A DNA stretch of 28,515 nt from Candidatus Methylomirabilia bacterium (lineage in GTDB: Bacteria > Methylomirabilota > Methylomirabilia > Rokubacteriales > CSP1-6): positions 1 through 28,515 of the forward strand of contig JBGQHJ010000053.1 in NCBI GenBank assembly GCA_041497895.1, written 5' to 3'. Within the stretch, counting starts at the first letter, position 1; each line of letters starts with the position of its first letter. A program made the position numbers and the translations under genes. The notes under the pieces are model-generated. The model was not told the DNA's origin. It saw only the letters and a program-made list of their open reading frames with translations, and did no database searches. Shown here piece by piece: positions 19,513 through 28,013 of the stretch.

Positions 19513-20317
19513 TCAGGTGGTGACTGAGGTGAGAGCGGGCAAACCATTGACCGGGCGAGTCGTCCTGGTCACGCGCGCCCGGGAGCAGGCGGGGGCCTTC
19601 GCCGAGCTGCTCGAGGCCGCGGGGGCCCGCGTGCTCCTGGTCCCGACCATCGCCATCGAGCCGCCGGAGTCGTGGGACCCGCTCGACGCCGCTCTCGGCG
19701 GTACGTTCGCGTGGGTGATCTTCACGAGCGTGAACGGGGTGGCCATGGTGCGCCGGCGTGTCGAGGCCACGGGCCACGGCCGCGCGATGCTCGAGGGCGC
19801 CCGGATCGCCGCCATCGGGCCCGCCACCGCGGCTGCGCTCGCGGACTGGGGCCTCGCGCCCGAGGTCGTGCCCGGCGAGTACGTGGCGGAGGCCCTGGTC
19901 GAGCGGCTGCGGCCGCTGATCCAGCCGGGCGAGCGTGTGCTGCTGCCGCGCGCGGCGGAGACGCGCGACCTGCTCGTCCGCGAGCTCGCCGCGCTCGGGG
20001 CGGCCGTCACCGAGGTGCCGGCGTATCGCACCCGCTCCGCGACCGAGCAGGCTCCCGGTCTCCGCGAGGCGCTCTCGGAAGGTCGGGTGGACGTGGTCAC
20101 GTTCACGAGCTCGTCGACCGTGCGGAGCTTCTGCGCCCTGTTCGGGGCCGCCGAGCTGCCGCGGCTGATGGCCGGGGTCACCGTCGCCTGCATCGGCCCC
20201 ATCACGCGGGCCACCGCCCAGGGGCGCGGGCTCGTGCCCCGGATCGTGCCCACCGACTACACCATCCCGGGCCTCGCGCGCGCCATCGTGGCCCACTTCG
20301 AGCCGGCAAGGAGCTAG
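19496..20317 (+). CDS. hemD: Uroporphyrinogen-III synthase
   Basis: PLTGRVVLVTRAREQA, IFTSVNGV, AIGPATA, FTSSSTV and CIGPIT. Start uncertain (GTG alternatives at 19505-19529). Confidence 0.92.
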   Translation: MRVVADQVVTEVRAGKPLTGRVVLVTRAREQAGAFAELLEAAGARVLLVPTIAIEPPESWDPLDAALGGTFAWVIFTSVNGVAMVRRRVEATGHGRAMLEGARIAAIGPATAAALADWGLAPEVVPGEYVAEALVERLRPLIQPGERVLLPRAAETRDLLVRELAALGAAVTEVPAYRTRSATEQAPGLREALSEGRVDVVTFTSSSTVRSFCALFGAAELPRLMAGVTVACIGPITRATAQGRGLVPRIVPTDYTIPGLARAIVAHFEPARS

Positions 20318-20320
20318 CGC

Positions 20321-21304
20321 ATGCCGTTTCCCATCTACCGCCCCCGCCGCCTCCGCGAGTCCCCGCTGCTGCGCTCGATGGTGCGCGAGACCGCGCTGCG
20401 CGCCGACGACTTCGTGTACCCGCTCTTCGCGGTCCACGGGCGCGGGGTGCGCGAGCCCATCGGCTCCATGCCCGGGCAGTATCGGCTCTCGATCGACGAG
20501 CTGCTCAAGGAGTGCAAGGACGCGGCGTCGATGGGGATCCCCGCGGTGCTCCTGTTCGGGCTGCCGCGCGACAAGGATCCGCGCGGCACCGAGGCCTACG
20601 CGGAGGACGGGATCATCCAGCAGGCGGTGCGGGCGGTGAAGGACACCATCCCCGATCTGCTGGTGATCACCGACGTGTGCCTGTGCGAGTACACGAGCCA
20701 CGGGCACTGCGGGGTAGTGGAGGACGGGCGGGTCAAGAACGATCCCTCGCTCGAGCTGATCGTGCGGACCGCGATCTCCCACGCCGAGGCCGGCGCGGAC
20801 ATGGTCGCGCCCTCCGACATGATGGACGGCCGCGTGGCCGCCATCCGGGAGGGCCTGGACGAGGGCGGATTCACCGAGACGCCGATCATGGCCTACTCGG
20901 CCAAGTACGCGTCCGCGTTCTACGGACCCTTTCGCGAGGCGGCGGACTCCACCCCGCAGTTCGGCGATCGGCGCTCCTATCAGATGGACCCCGCCAACGC
21001 GCTCGAGGCGATGCGCGAGGTGGCCCTCGACGTGGACGAGGGCGCGGACATCGTCATGGTGAAGCCGGCGCTCCCGTACCTCGACATCATCGCCCGCGTG
21101 AAGGGGGAGTTCGGCCTGCCGGTGGCGGCCTACTCGGTCTCCGGCGAGTACGCCATGCTCAAGGCGGCGGCCCAGCTCGGCTGGCTCGACGAGGAGCGCG
21201 CGATGCTGGAGGCCCTGACCGGGATCCGCCGCGCGGGGGCCGACATCATCATCACCTACTTCGCCAAGGACGCCGCGAGGCTCATCGAGCAGGGCCGCGC
21301 GTGA
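20321..21304 (+). CDS. hemB: Porphobilinogen synthase (ALA dehydratase), Zn-type
   Basis: [20 protein letters not shown] (Zn ligands), [16 protein letters not shown] and MVKP. Confidence 0.97.
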   Translation: MPFPIYRPRRLRESPLLRSMVRETALRADDFVYPLFAVHGRGVREPIGSMPGQYRLSIDELLKECKDAASMGIPAVLLFGLPRDKDPRGTEAYAEDGIIQQAVRAVKDTIPDLLVITDVCLCEYTSHGHCGVVEDGRVKNDPSLELIVRTAISHAEAGADMVAPSDMMDGRVAAIREGLDEGGFTETPIMAYSAKYASAFYGPFREAADSTPQFGDRRSYQMDPANALEAMREVALDVDEGADIVMVKPALPYLDIIARVKGEFGLPVAAYSVSGEYAMLKAAAQLGWLDEERAMLEALTGIRRAGADIIITYFAKDAARLIEQGRA

Positions 21305-21747
21305 GGATCTCGGCCAAGGGCGAGTACGCCATCAAGGCGATGGTGGATCTGGCCTTGCACGACGGCCCGGACCTGCAGCCGATCCAGGACATCGCGGCGC
21401 GGCAGTCGATCCCGCAGCGATACCTGGAGCAGGTGCTGCTCCAGCTCAAGCGCACCGGCTTCCTCTACGCGCGGCGCGGCTCCGCGGGCGGCTACCGCCT
21501 GAGTCGTCCCCCCGACCAGATCACGGTCGGCGCGCTCCTGCGGGCGGTGGAGGGCCCGTCGGCCGATCCGGACGCGCCCCGGCGCGGCGGTCGCGGCGCC
21601 GCGCCCGAGGACGCGGCCGGGCTCGGCGAGCTGTGGCGGGAGATCGAGAGCGCGGTGGCCGCGGTCGTCGATCGCACGACCCTCGAGGACCTGCGCCGGC
21701 GCGCCGACGAGCGGCGCAGCGCCGCCCGTCCCATGTACCACATCTGA
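21301..21747 (+). CDS. Rrf2-family transcriptional regulator, Cys-free, CymR-like
   Basis: [19 protein letters not shown]...[11 protein letters not shown]...LRAVEG and TTLEDL. No Cys; ends in MYHI. GTGA overlap with hemB; followed by cysK. Confidence 0.88.
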   Translation: MRISAKGEYAIKAMVDLALHDGPDLQPIQDIAARQSIPQRYLEQVLLQLKRTGFLYARRGSAGGYRLSRPPDQITVGALLRAVEGPSADPDAPRRGGRGAAPEDAAGLGELWREIESAVAAVVDRTTLEDLRRRADERRSAARPMYHI

Positions 21748-21790
21748 TCCTCCCCATCCGACACCCGCGCGCCCCGGACAGGATCTCGCC

Positions 21791-22735
21791 ATGACGACCA
21801 AGAAAGCGGTTGCGCCGTCCCGCCCCCGGACGGCGGGCTCGGTGCTCGAGCTGATCGGGGCGACCCCGCTGGTGCGGCTGAACCGGATCCCGAAGCCGGG
21901 CGGCGCCACGGTGCTGGCCAAGATGGAGTCGCTCAACCCAGGCGGCAGCGTGAAGGATCGGATCGCGCTGGCGATGGTGGAGGACGCGGAGCGCCGCGGG
22001 GTGCTCAAGCCCGGGGCCACTCTGGTGGAGCCGACCAGCGGCAACACCGGCATCGGCCTCGCGATGGTGTGCGCGGTGCGCGGCTACCGCCTGATCCTCA
22101 CCATGCCCGACGACATGAGTCTCGAGCGGCAGCGGCTGCTCACGCGCTACGGCGCCGAGATCCACCTGACCCCCGCCATCGAGGGCATGACCGGCGCGGT
22201 CTTCGCGGCGCAGGAGATCTGCCGCGAGCATCCCGAGTACTACATCCCCATGCAGTTCGAGAACCCGGCCAATCCGGAGGCGCACCGACGGACCACTGCG
22301 CTCGAGATCCTGGAGGCCACCGACGAGCGCGTGCACGTGTTCGTGGCCGCGGTCGGCACCGGAGGCACCGTGACCGGCGTCGGCGAGGTGCTGAAGGAGC
22401 GGCTGCCCGGGGTGCGGGTGGTCGGGGTGGAGCCGGCCCGGTCGCCGGTGCTCTCCGGCGGCCGTTTCCGGCCCCACGGCATCCAGGGCATCGGGGCCTC
22501 GTTCGTCCCCGGGATCCTGAATCGCGCGGTGCTCGACGAGATCGTGCAGGTGCGCGACGAGGACGCGACCGCGATGGCCCGCCGTCTCGCCCGCGAGGAA
22601 GGCCTGCTGGTGGGCATCTCGTCCGGCGCCAACGTCTGGGCGGCCTGCCAGGTGGCCGAGACGCTGCCCGCCGACCGGGTGGTGGTGACGGTGCTGTGCG
22701 ATACTGGCGAGCGCTATCTGAGCGTGACCTTCTAG
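21791..22735 (+). CDS. cysK: Cysteine synthase (O-acetylserine sulfhydrylase A type)
   Basis: NPGGSVKDR (PLP Lys), EPTSGNTG, QFENPAN, GTGGT, H.IQGIG, GISSGA and DTGERYLS. Confidence 0.92.
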   Translation: MTTKKAVAPSRPRTAGSVLELIGATPLVRLNRIPKPGGATVLAKMESLNPGGSVKDRIALAMVEDAERRGVLKPGATLVEPTSGNTGIGLAMVCAVRGYRLILTMPDDMSLERQRLLTRYGAEIHLTPAIEGMTGAVFAAQEICREHPEYYIPMQFENPANPEAHRRTTALEILEATDERVHVFVAAVGTGGTVTGVGEVLKERLPGVRVVGVEPARSPVLSGGRFRPHGIQGIGASFVPGILNRAVLDEIVQVRDEDATAMARRLAREEGLLVGISSGANVWAACQVAETLPADRVVVTVLCDTGERYLSVTF

Positions 22736-22745
22736 GAGAGCGGCC

Positions 22746-23078
22746 ATGAGTGTCCAGGTCTACATCCCCACGCCGTTCCGCCGTGCCACCAAGAACGCCG
22801 ACCGCGTCGCAGTCGAAGCGCCCGACGTCAAGGCGCTCCTCGACGAGCTCGAGGATCAGTTCGGCGCGCTGAAGGGCCTGGTGCGCAACGACCAGGGTGA
22901 GGTGCACCACCACGTCAACATCTACGTGAACAACGAGGCGATCGAGGCGCTGCAGGGCCTCGACACCGCGCTGAAGGACGGGGACGAGGTCTCGATCATT
23001 CCAGCCCTCGCGGGCGGCGGGCCAGCCCTCGGGGGCGGCGGGCCAGCCCCCGCCTCGGAGCCAGCCCTCGCGGGATGA
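22746..23078 (+). CDS. MoaD/CysO-like ubiquitin-fold sulfur carrier with a C-terminal extension after Gly-Gly
   Basis: V.IPTPFR...VNIYVNNE.I..L.GLDT.LKDGDEVSIIPALAGG, followed by 19 extra residues. Confidence 0.88.
   Translation: MSVQVYIPTPFRRATKNADRVAVEAPDVKALLDELEDQFGALKGLVRNDQGEVHHHVNIYVNNEAIEALQGLDTALKDGDEVSIIPALAGGGPALGGGGPAPASEPALAG
23001..23074 (+). repeat. Imperfect in-frame tandem repeat (21+21+18+14 nt, each unit starting CCAGCCC)
   Basis: CCAGCCCTCGCGGGCGGCGGG / CCAGCCCTCGGGGGCGGCGGG / CCAGCCCCCGCCTCGGAG / CCAGCCCTCGCGGG. Confidence 0.9.
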
Positions 23079-23536
23079 TCCTCACCCCCGACGAGCTCGC
23101 CCGGGTTCACGCGCAGGCGGTGGCCGAGTACCCGGCGGAGTGCTGCGGAGTCCTGCTGCTGCGCGACGCTCCGGCGCCCGACCGGCTCCTCATGCCGTGC
23201 CGAAACATCCAGGACGAGCTCCACGGCAAGGATCCGCGGCGGCATTCCCGCGACTCCCGGACCGCCTACTTCATCGACCCGAAGGATCTGCTCTCCATCG
23301 GCCGGCGCGAAGGCCAGGGCTACCGGGTCGCGACCATCTACCACTCCCACATCGACACCGGCGCCTACTTCTCGCCCACCGATCGCGAGAACGCGCTGAT
23401 CGACGGCGAGCCGGCCTATCCGGACGCGGCCTACGTGGTGCTCTCGGTGGTCGAGCGCCGCGTGGTGGACACGGCCGCCTTCGTCTGGGATCCCGCCGCG
23501 CGCGACTTCGTCCCGACCGAGCTCAAGAGGCCCTGA
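23075..23536 (+). CDS. JAMM/MPN+ (M67, Mec-like) metallopeptidase
   Basis: YPAECCG (catalytic Glu) and a complete HxH-x7-S-x2-D motif ([14 protein letters not shown]). ATGA overlap with the carrier gene. Confidence 0.92.
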   Translation: MILTPDELARVHAQAVAEYPAECCGVLLLRDAPAPDRLLMPCRNIQDELHGKDPRRHSRDSRTAYFIDPKDLLSIGRREGQGYRVATIYHSHIDTGAYFSPTDRENALIDGEPAYPDAAYVVLSVVERRVVDTAAFVWDPAARDFVPTELKRP

Positions 23537-23540
23537 CGAC

Positions 23541-24821
23541 ATGACCGGCTCCGACGCGCTCTTCGAGAAGGCCCAGCGGGTGATGCCCGGCGGCGTCAAC
23601 AGCCCGGTGCGGGCCTTCCGCGGCGTGGGCGGCACCCCGTTCTTCGTGGATCGGGCCGAGGGCGCCCGGCTTCTCGACGTCGACGGGCGCTCCTACGTCG
23701 ACTTCCTCGGCTCGTGGGGCCCGCTCATCCTCGGGCACGCGGCGGGGCCGGTGGTCGAGGCGGTGAGCGAGGCGGTGCGGCGCGGCACCAGCTACGGCGC
23801 GCCCACCGCGGGCGAGGTGGAGATGGCCGAGCTGATCGGTCGCGCGGTGCCGAGCATGGAGATGGTGCGGCTCGTCTCCTCGGGCACCGAGGCGTCGATG
23901 AGCGCCATTCGTCTCGCGCGCGGAGTGACCGGACGCGATGCCATCATCAAGTTCGACGGCTGCTATCACGGGCACGCCGACAGCCTGCTCGTGAAGGCGG
24001 GCTCGGGGGGCGCCACCTTCGGGGTGCCCGACAGCCTGGGCGTGCCGAAGGCGCTGGCCGCGCTCACCCTCACGGTGCCGTTCAACGACCTGGAGGCGGT
24101 GCGACGCCAGCTCGAGGCGCACCCGGGCGAGGTCGCGGCGATCATCGTGGAGCCGGTGGCCGGCAACATGGGCGTGGTCCCGCCCGCGCCGGGCTTCCTG
24201 CTCGGGCTCCGCGAGCTCGCCACGCGGCACGGCAGCCTCCTGATCTTCGACGAGGTGATCACCGGTTTCCGGGTGGCGTGGGGCGGCGCGCAGGCCCGCT
24301 ACGGCGTGCGGCCCGATCTCACGTGCCTCGGCAAGATCATCGGCGGCGGCCTGCCGGTGGGCGCCTACGGAGGCCCGCGCGCGCTCATGGAGCGGGTGGC
24401 ACCGCTCGGCGGGGTCTACCAGGCGGGCACGCTCTCCGGCAATCCGCTCGCGGTGGCGGCCGGGCTCGCCACGCTGCGCGCGCTCGAGCGTCCCGGCACC
24501 TACGAGCGGCTGGAAGCGCTGGGCGCGCGCGTCGAGCGCGACGTGACCGCGGCGGCGGCCGCGGCGGGCGTGCCGGTGACGGTCAACCGGGTCGGCTCGA
24601 TGCTCACCGTCTTCTTCACCGACGGCCCGGTCACCGACTACGCGTCCGCCAAGCGCGCCGACACCGCCCGCTACGCGCGCTACTTCCACGCGATGCTGGA
24701 GGGCGGCGTCTTCCTGGCCGCGTCCCAGTTCGAGGCCGCGTTCGTCTCGCTGGCGCACGGCGAGGCGGACCTCGCCGCCGCGGCGCGGGCCTGTCGCAGC
24801 GCGATGGAGAAGGCGAAGTAG
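23541..24821 (+). CDS. hemL: Glutamate-1-semialdehyde 2,1-aminomutase
   Basis: [38 protein letters not shown] (PLP Lys) and [10 protein letters not shown]. Confidence 0.97.
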   Translation: MTGSDALFEKAQRVMPGGVNSPVRAFRGVGGTPFFVDRAEGARLLDVDGRSYVDFLGSWGPLILGHAAGPVVEAVSEAVRRGTSYGAPTAGEVEMAELIGRAVPSMEMVRLVSSGTEASMSAIRLARGVTGRDAIIKFDGCYHGHADSLLVKAGSGGATFGVPDSLGVPKALAALTLTVPFNDLEAVRRQLEAHPGEVAAIIVEPVAGNMGVVPPAPGFLLGLRELATRHGSLLIFDEVITGFRVAWGGAQARYGVRPDLTCLGKIIGGGLPVGAYGGPRALMERVAPLGGVYQAGTLSGNPLAVAAGLATLRALERPGTYERLEALGARVERDVTAAAAAAGVPVTVNRVGSMLTVFFTDGPVTDYASAKRADTARYARYFHAMLEGGVFLAASQFEAAFVSLAHGEADLAAAARACRSAMEKAK

Positions 24822-24834
24822 GGCCGAAGTAGTA

Positions 24835-24870
24835 TTGACACTCCGTTTTTCCACGTGATAGGGTTCACAA
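24835..24870 (+). promoter_or_regulatory. Sigma70-type promoter of the act operon, with a dyad operator overlapping the -10
   Basis: TTGACA (24835-24840), 18-bp spacer ending in TGn, TAGGGT (24859-24864). Dyad GTGA-N6-TCAC at 24855-24868. Confidence 0.7.
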
Positions 24871-24983
24871 GGCTGGAGCCCGGATACACGCGGTAGACCG
24901 CCGGTCTTCATCCTCAGCGCGCCTCGTCGAAGACGTCCAGCTGGGCTGCGTCGCCTGCCATTGCGAGAAGGGCGGAGGAGTGG

Positions 24984-27900
24984 ATGAGCGTGATGGATCG
25001 CCGGTCGTTCTTCAAGGTCGTGGCCACCACGGGCGCCGCCGCGGCCGCCGGGGGCTGCGGGCCGTCGGCCGAGCAGTTCATCCCGTACGTGATCCCGCCC
25101 GACAACATCGTCCCCGGCATCCCGGCCTACTTCTCCACCGTCTGCCGCGAGTGCCCGTCGGGTTGCGGCCTCATCGCCAAGAACCGCGACGGCCGCGTCA
25201 TCAAGCTCGAGGGCAATCCCGATCATCCGACCAATACCGGCGCCCTCTGCGTCCGGGCCCACGCCGGCCTACAGGGCCTCTACCATCCGGACCGCTTCCG
25301 CGGCCCGCTCGCCTCCGGCAAGCCGGTGACGTGGGACGAGGCCCAGAAGCAGCTCGCGGAGAAGCTCGGGGCGCTCGCGAAGGGCCGGCAGGGTGCGCGC
25401 ATCGCGGTGGTGAGCGGGCTCGAGACCGGCAGCCTCGGCCGCCTCATGGACGAGTGGGTCCGGGTCATGGGCGCGCGGCCCCGCATCGCGTACGAGCCGC
25501 TGGGCTACGAGTCGATCCGCGCCGCCAACCGCGTGGCGTTCGGTCGCGACGCCATCCCGGACTACGCGATCGGCGACGCCACCTACCTGGTCTCGTTCGG
25601 CGCCGACTTCCTCGAGACCTGGCTCAACTGCGAGGGCTACACCGCGGACTTCTCGCGGATGCACGCGTTCTACCAGGGCAAGCAGGGGACGTTCGTGCAC
25701 GTCGAGCCGCGGATGTCGCTGACCGCGGCCAACGCCGACCAGTGGCTGCGCAACGCGCCGGGTACCGAGGGGCTGCTCGCCCTGGCCATGCTCAAGGTGA
25801 TCCTCGACGAGGGCCTGCAGATCTCGGGCGCCGATCTCAACACCCTGCGCGCGGCGACCCGCGCCGCCGACGTCGAGGGCGCGGCGACCGCCTCCGGGAT
25901 CTCCGCGGACACGATCAAGCAGGTGGCGCGGGACCTCGCCAAGTCACGCGGCGGTCTCGTCATCGGCGGCGGCGCGGCGTCGACCGGCTCGACGGCCACC
26001 GACACGCTCGTGGCGATCAACCTGCTCAACGCCGCGATCGGCGCCGTCGGGACCCGCGTGCGCTTCGGCAGCGCCCTGCCGCTCGGCAAGGTGACCCCGT
26101 ACTCCGACACGGTGGCGCTGACCCAGGCGATGGCGGGTGGGCAGATCGACGTCCTCCTGCTCGTCGACGTCAACCCGGTCTACGCGATGCCGCCCAGGTC
26201 GGGCTTCGCGGAGGCGCTCGCCAAGGTGCCGCTGGTGGTGGCGCTCGCGGGCCGGCCGAGCGAGACCACCGCGCGGGCGCATCTCGTGCTCCCGATCCTG
26301 CATCCGCTCGAGACGTGGGGCGACTACATGTCCGAGGAGGGCGTCCTCGGGCTGATGCAGCCGACGATGGGCCCGGTGCAGATCGAGGGCAAGGCGGTCG
26401 TGGCGCTCTCCACCGGCGACGTCTTCCTCAAGACCGGGCGCCAGGCGCTCGGGCTCGAGGAGGGCAAGGGGCCGCTCAAGTGGCCCACGTTCGGGGACTA
26501 CCTCAAGGACGAGTGGCAGCGGCTGGCCCGCGACTACGGCGTCACCGGTCCGTTCGGGGAATTCTGGGAAGCGGCACTCCGGCGGGGCGGCGTGTGGCGT
26601 CAGGCGGCCTCGCCCGCGGTCGCGTTGCGCCCCGAGGCCGGGCGCGTCCAGGCCGCCGCCGCGAAGCTCGAGGGTGACGGCACGCACGCGCTGATCGTCT
26701 ATCCGTCGAGCCGTTTCTACGACGGGCGCGGCGCGGATCGTCCCTGGCTGCACGAGGTGCCGGACAGCGTCACCCAGGTGGCGTGGGACTCGTGGGTCGA
26801 GATCCCGACCGAGACCGCGGACAAGATGGGGATCAAGCGGGGCGACCTGGTCAAGGTGACGTCTCCCCACGGCTCCATCGAGCTGCCGGGCTATCCGACC
26901 GATCTCGTGCATCCCGGCGCGGTCGCGGTGGCAATGGGGCAGGGGCACAAGTTCCCGGGTGCGTTCGCGACCCAGGGCAACCCGGCCACCGGCACGACGA
27001 GCCAGGCCGGATACCTCAACGCGGGGGCCAACCCGATCGAGCTGCTGCCGGGAGCCCCGGATCCGGTCTCGGGCGGCCTGCCGCACCTCGCGGTCAGGGT
27101 TGCCCTCGCCAAGACCGGCGGGCGCCGGCCCCTCGCCATCCCGCAGGCCCAGTTCGATCAGGACGAGCGTGAGATTGCCCAGTGGGTCGGGCTCGGGTCC
27201 GCGCGCGAGCTCGAGCTGCGCGGCCGCGCGCCCGAGCACGCCAGCCGCCCCAGCATGTACCCGCCGGTCAAGTATCCCGAGTACCGCTGGGGCATGACGG
27301 TGGACGTGGATCGCTGCACCGGCTGCCAGGCCTGCGTGCTCGCCTGCCAGAGCGAGAACAACGTGCCGACCGTGGGCAAGGCGCAGGTGGCCTACGGCCG
27401 CATCCAGCACTGGATGCGGGTGGAGCGCTGGCAGGAAGGCACCGCGGCGCAGCCGGTCAACATGTTTCTGCCCATGTTCTGCCAGCATTGTGAAGTCGCG
27501 CCGTGCGAGCCGGTGTGCCCGGTCTACGCCGCCTACCACACCAAGGAAGGCCTCAACGGCCAGGTCTACAACCGCTGCGTAGGCACCCGTTACTGCGGCA
27601 ACAACTGCCCGTATCACGTGCGGAAGTTCAACTGGTTCAACTACACGTGGGTAGCGCCGCTCGACCTGCAGCTCAATCCGGACGTCACGGTGCGCCAGCT
27701 GGGCGTGATGGAGAAGTGCACCATGTGCGTACAGCGGACGGTGGCGGCCAAGGACCTGGCTCGCGAGGCGGGGCGCACCGTGAAGGACGGGGACATGCAG
27801 ACCGCGTGTCAGCAGACCTGCCCCACGCAAGCCATCACCTTCGGCAACCTCAAGGACGCGGGCGCCCTGGTCTCGCGGCTCGCGCTCTCGACCCGGAGCT

Positions 27901-28013
27901 ACCACGTGCTCGAGGAGCTCGGGACCACTCCGGCGGTCACGTATCTGAAGAAGGTCGTCCGGGCCGAGCCCGCGGGCGGGCACGACAAGAGCGAGGCGGG
28001 GCACAAGGCATGA
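24984..28013 (+). CDS. actB: Alternative complex III subunit B (molybdopterin-oxidoreductase-like domain fused to an Fe-S domain), Tat lipoprotein
   Basis: DRRSFFK followed by a lipobox-like AGGC, IKLEGNPDHP, CTGCQACVLACQSENN, CQHC..APCEPVCP, YNRCVGTRYCGNNCPY and GVMEKCTMCVQR. Followed by actC. Confidence 0.88.
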   Translation: MSVMDRRSFFKVVATTGAAAAAGGCGPSAEQFIPYVIPPDNIVPGIPAYFSTVCRECPSGCGLIAKNRDGRVIKLEGNPDHPTNTGALCVRAHAGLQGLYHPDRFRGPLASGKPVTWDEAQKQLAEKLGALAKGRQGARIAVVSGLETGSLGRLMDEWVRVMGARPRIAYEPLGYESIRAANRVAFGRDAIPDYAIGDATYLVSFGADFLETWLNCEGYTADFSRMHAFYQGKQGTFVHVEPRMSLTAANADQWLRNAPGTEGLLALAMLKVILDEGLQISGADLNTLRAATRAADVEGAATASGISADTIKQVARDLAKSRGGLVIGGGAASTGSTATDTLVAINLLNAAIGAVGTRVRFGSALPLGKVTPYSDTVALTQAMAGGQIDVLLLVDVNPVYAMPPRSGFAEALAKVPLVVALAGRPSETTARAHLVLPILHPLETWGDYMSEEGVLGLMQPTMGPVQIEGKAVVALSTGDVFLKTGRQALGLEEGKGPLKWPTFGDYLKDEWQRLARDYGVTGPFGEFWEAALRRGGVWRQAASPAVALRPEAGRVQAAAAKLEGDGTHALIVYPSSRFYDGRGADRPWLHEVPDSVTQVAWDSWVEIPTETADKMGIKRGDLVKVTSPHGSIELPGYPTDLVHPGAVAVAMGQGHKFPGAFATQGNPATGTTSQAGYLNAGANPIELLPGAPDPVSGGLPHLAVRVALAKTGGRRPLAIPQAQFDQDEREIAQWVGLGSARELELRGRAPEHASRPSMYPPVKYPEYRWGMTVDVDRCTGCQACVLACQSENNVPTVGKAQVAYGRIQHWMRVERWQEGTAAQPVNMFLPMFCQHCEVAPCEPVCPVYAAYHTKEGLNGQVYNRCVGTRYCGNNCPYHVRKFNWFNYTWVAPLDLQLNPDVTVRQLGVMEKCTMCVQRTVAAKDLAREAGRTVKDGDMQTACQQTCPTQAITFGNLKDAGALVSRLALSTRSYHVLEELGTTPAVTYLKKVVRAEPAGGHDKSEAGHKA

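Noticed and set aside
19537..19548. GGGCAAACCATT resembling the 5' part of a c-di-GMP-I riboswitch
   Set aside because: It lies in hemD coding sequence (GKPL), and the GNRA-capped stem and downstream elements are absent.
17461..21747. Apparent long N-terminal extensions or fusions in the ORF track (683-aa HemC frame, 691-aa Rrf2 frame; likewise the frames starting at 8154, 9170, 13038 and 16204)
   Set aside because: The extensions are low-complexity off-frame readings of the upstream genes. True starts lie at the gene junctions.
21301..21747. Calling the Rrf2 protein IscR or NsrR
   Set aside because: It has no cysteine ligands and no isc/suf genes are adjacent.
23001..23074. Repeat as a CRISPR array
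   Set aside because: The units are contiguous with no unique spacers, are in frame in a CDS, and there are no cas genes.
24871..24983. actB leader as a riboswitch/ncRNA (pairings GGCTGGA/TCCAGCT and GTCTTC/GAAGAC)
   Set aside because: The stems are short, no known aptamer consensus is recognisable, and they are compatible with chance at this GC content.
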